Origin: Takakia lepidozioides
Lineage: Eukaryota; Plantae; Bryophyta
NCBI GenBank assembly: GCA_030704615.1
Contig: CM060734.1
Coordinates: 40,424,001-40,488,000 of the forward strand
Reading direction: 5' to 3'
Length of the DNA stretch: 64,000 nt
This document shows positions 62,481 through 64,000 of this stretch, piece by piece. Within the stretch, counting starts at the first letter, position 1, and each line of letters opens with the position of its first letter. A program made the translations under genes and the position numbers. The notes below the pieces were generated by a model, which was not told the DNA's origin, searched no databases, and saw only the letters and a program-made list of their open reading frames with translations.

Positions 62481-64000
62481 GCAGCACATCACCCGCTGCT
62501 ATGACATATATTGCCCTAGACACACATTGCCCTAATTGCCATCCCCCAAGATGCTACCCCCACCAGACTTCTCTCACTTAGGTCCTTGCAAGGCTGACTT
62601 CCAGCTTTGACTCTGTGCATGGGGCCTATCGGACAACATACACCAGCAAGCCCTCCCCCTATCCTGCATCAACTCATCTCAGTCTTATCAACTGCACAAC
62701 ATATGATGGGAGTGAGTGCAACATGGGAAAGAGCCACAACACATGATGAGCTGTAGGGAAGAAGCAACATCGTGCAAGTAAAGCAAATGATGAAGCAGAA
62801 AGACGAGGCAACATGGGAGAAGGGAAAATGGGGTCCAAGGGCTGAGAAGGTCAACTGGTCAACAATGAGGAACTGGCTCTGGAGCACTATGTTGATGATT
62901 AAAGAGAGCAGCAAATACATGTGGGGCATCGCAGCAAAGTGCATGCCAACGAGGGTCAGAATAGTGCAAGAAAGACTCCACGGATGGTGGGCAGCCAAGG
63001 GAGATGCAGTGAGACAATGCACTCATGGCAAGGGAGCTGCCAAGACAAAACTGTTGATTAGGCTACGGAGAAAAAGGAAATCACAAGATCAACTACGAGG
63101 AAAAGTAGCAATTCAAGCATGGGAGCTGCTGCTAAAACATGAGGAGGAAGACATACGAGGTGAAGCATCAAGGGAACCAGTAGGAGATGAGGAAGATGGA
63201 GCACACTTTCTTGTCAAAGGTTGGCGGCGAAGAATGCAACCCAGCAATCAGAAAGTGAGGCACCCGAGGCTGGACTGCTGCAAAGAGGTATAAAGACAGG
63301 AGCTGAGAATGAGATGTTGCCTTTCGTTGAAGTTCCCCACACAAGGGCTGTTTGGCAAGCAAAACCCCAGGCAAGGATGAGAGGTGAATCTGGGATAAAA
63401 CCAGCAGCTGGGAGTGAGGAAAGACACAAGGAAGGGCAGCAATACCTTGTCAAATCTGAGGGTGATGGCTGGAGAAAATTAAACAAGGACTGGAAGTATG
63501 GGAGCAGCAATCGCATGAAGAAAAATCTGCCTGAGAGGTTGAAGAGTGAAAGGGAGGAAGACATGCACCTCGCTTATGAAAAGTGGAAGGGCAGGGTAGA
63601 AAACCTGATGCCTGAAATTGATGGGAGCTCGTGGGAGACTCTGCCAAGAAGACTCCAATCAGCTGTTGCCAACAATCGGACCAGTGAAAGATCGCCCTTG
63701 GCTGGCGCAACACCACAAAATAAGTGCAGCCCTGATAGCATGGTGAGTGGGGCACCAACAGAGCCATAAAATGAGGGAGAAGGAGGAGACTTCCCTGCCA
63801 AGAAAGTCAATGCGGGCCTGCACTGACATGCAAGGAAAGGGACACCGTAAGTGTTGCCAACAGATGTAAATCAGTGCTCATTCATTCGAAAGCACCACGG
63901 GAGATGAAGGAAAAGACACCTGCAGGGACGTTGAAGCATAAAAGAGGAGAGCACTTCACTTGGGAAGAAAGTGAAGCATTGGAGAACGAGGCTGATGACT

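Noticed and set aside
62669-63810. ORFs of 100-180 aa near the window end as genes
   Set aside because: Overlapping frames on both strands with no recognisable domain; likely TE remnant.

Overview
Eukaryotic land-plant nuclear DNA, most likely a bryophyte or other non-seed plant (inferred from gene content, spliceosomal introns and PLS-type PPR remnants; species not determinable). About 1-31 kb is a nested transposon graveyard: a chromovirus integrase remnant; a decayed TE-type coiled-coil ORF; a spliced Ulp1/C48 protease pseudogene with a young pol-less Athila/Tat-like LTR element in an intron; PPR and CCS52/FZR gene fragments; a kinase-like pseudogene beside a Helitron Rep remnant; a ~5.6-kb inverted/tandem repeat complex; a non-autonomous CACTA element; two RLE-type LINE ends; and copia remnants. 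About 31.5-58 kb holds five apparently intact host genes: ODR4-like, GMD, tryptophan synthase alpha, TOP6A/SPO11-3 and a DSE1-like WD40 gene. About 58-64 kb is repeat-rich again. The two most unusual observations are (1) LTRs built from three tandem ~320-bp units, each carrying a small F-box-like ORF, and (2) an SGS3/zf-XS-like zinc finger fused to a RING-like domain, amplified as a foldback plus tandem array. With the neighbouring Ulp1 protease these suggest TE-borne ubiquitin/SUMO effectors, possibly anti-silencing; this is a hypothesis. All domain calls are by eye, without database searches.
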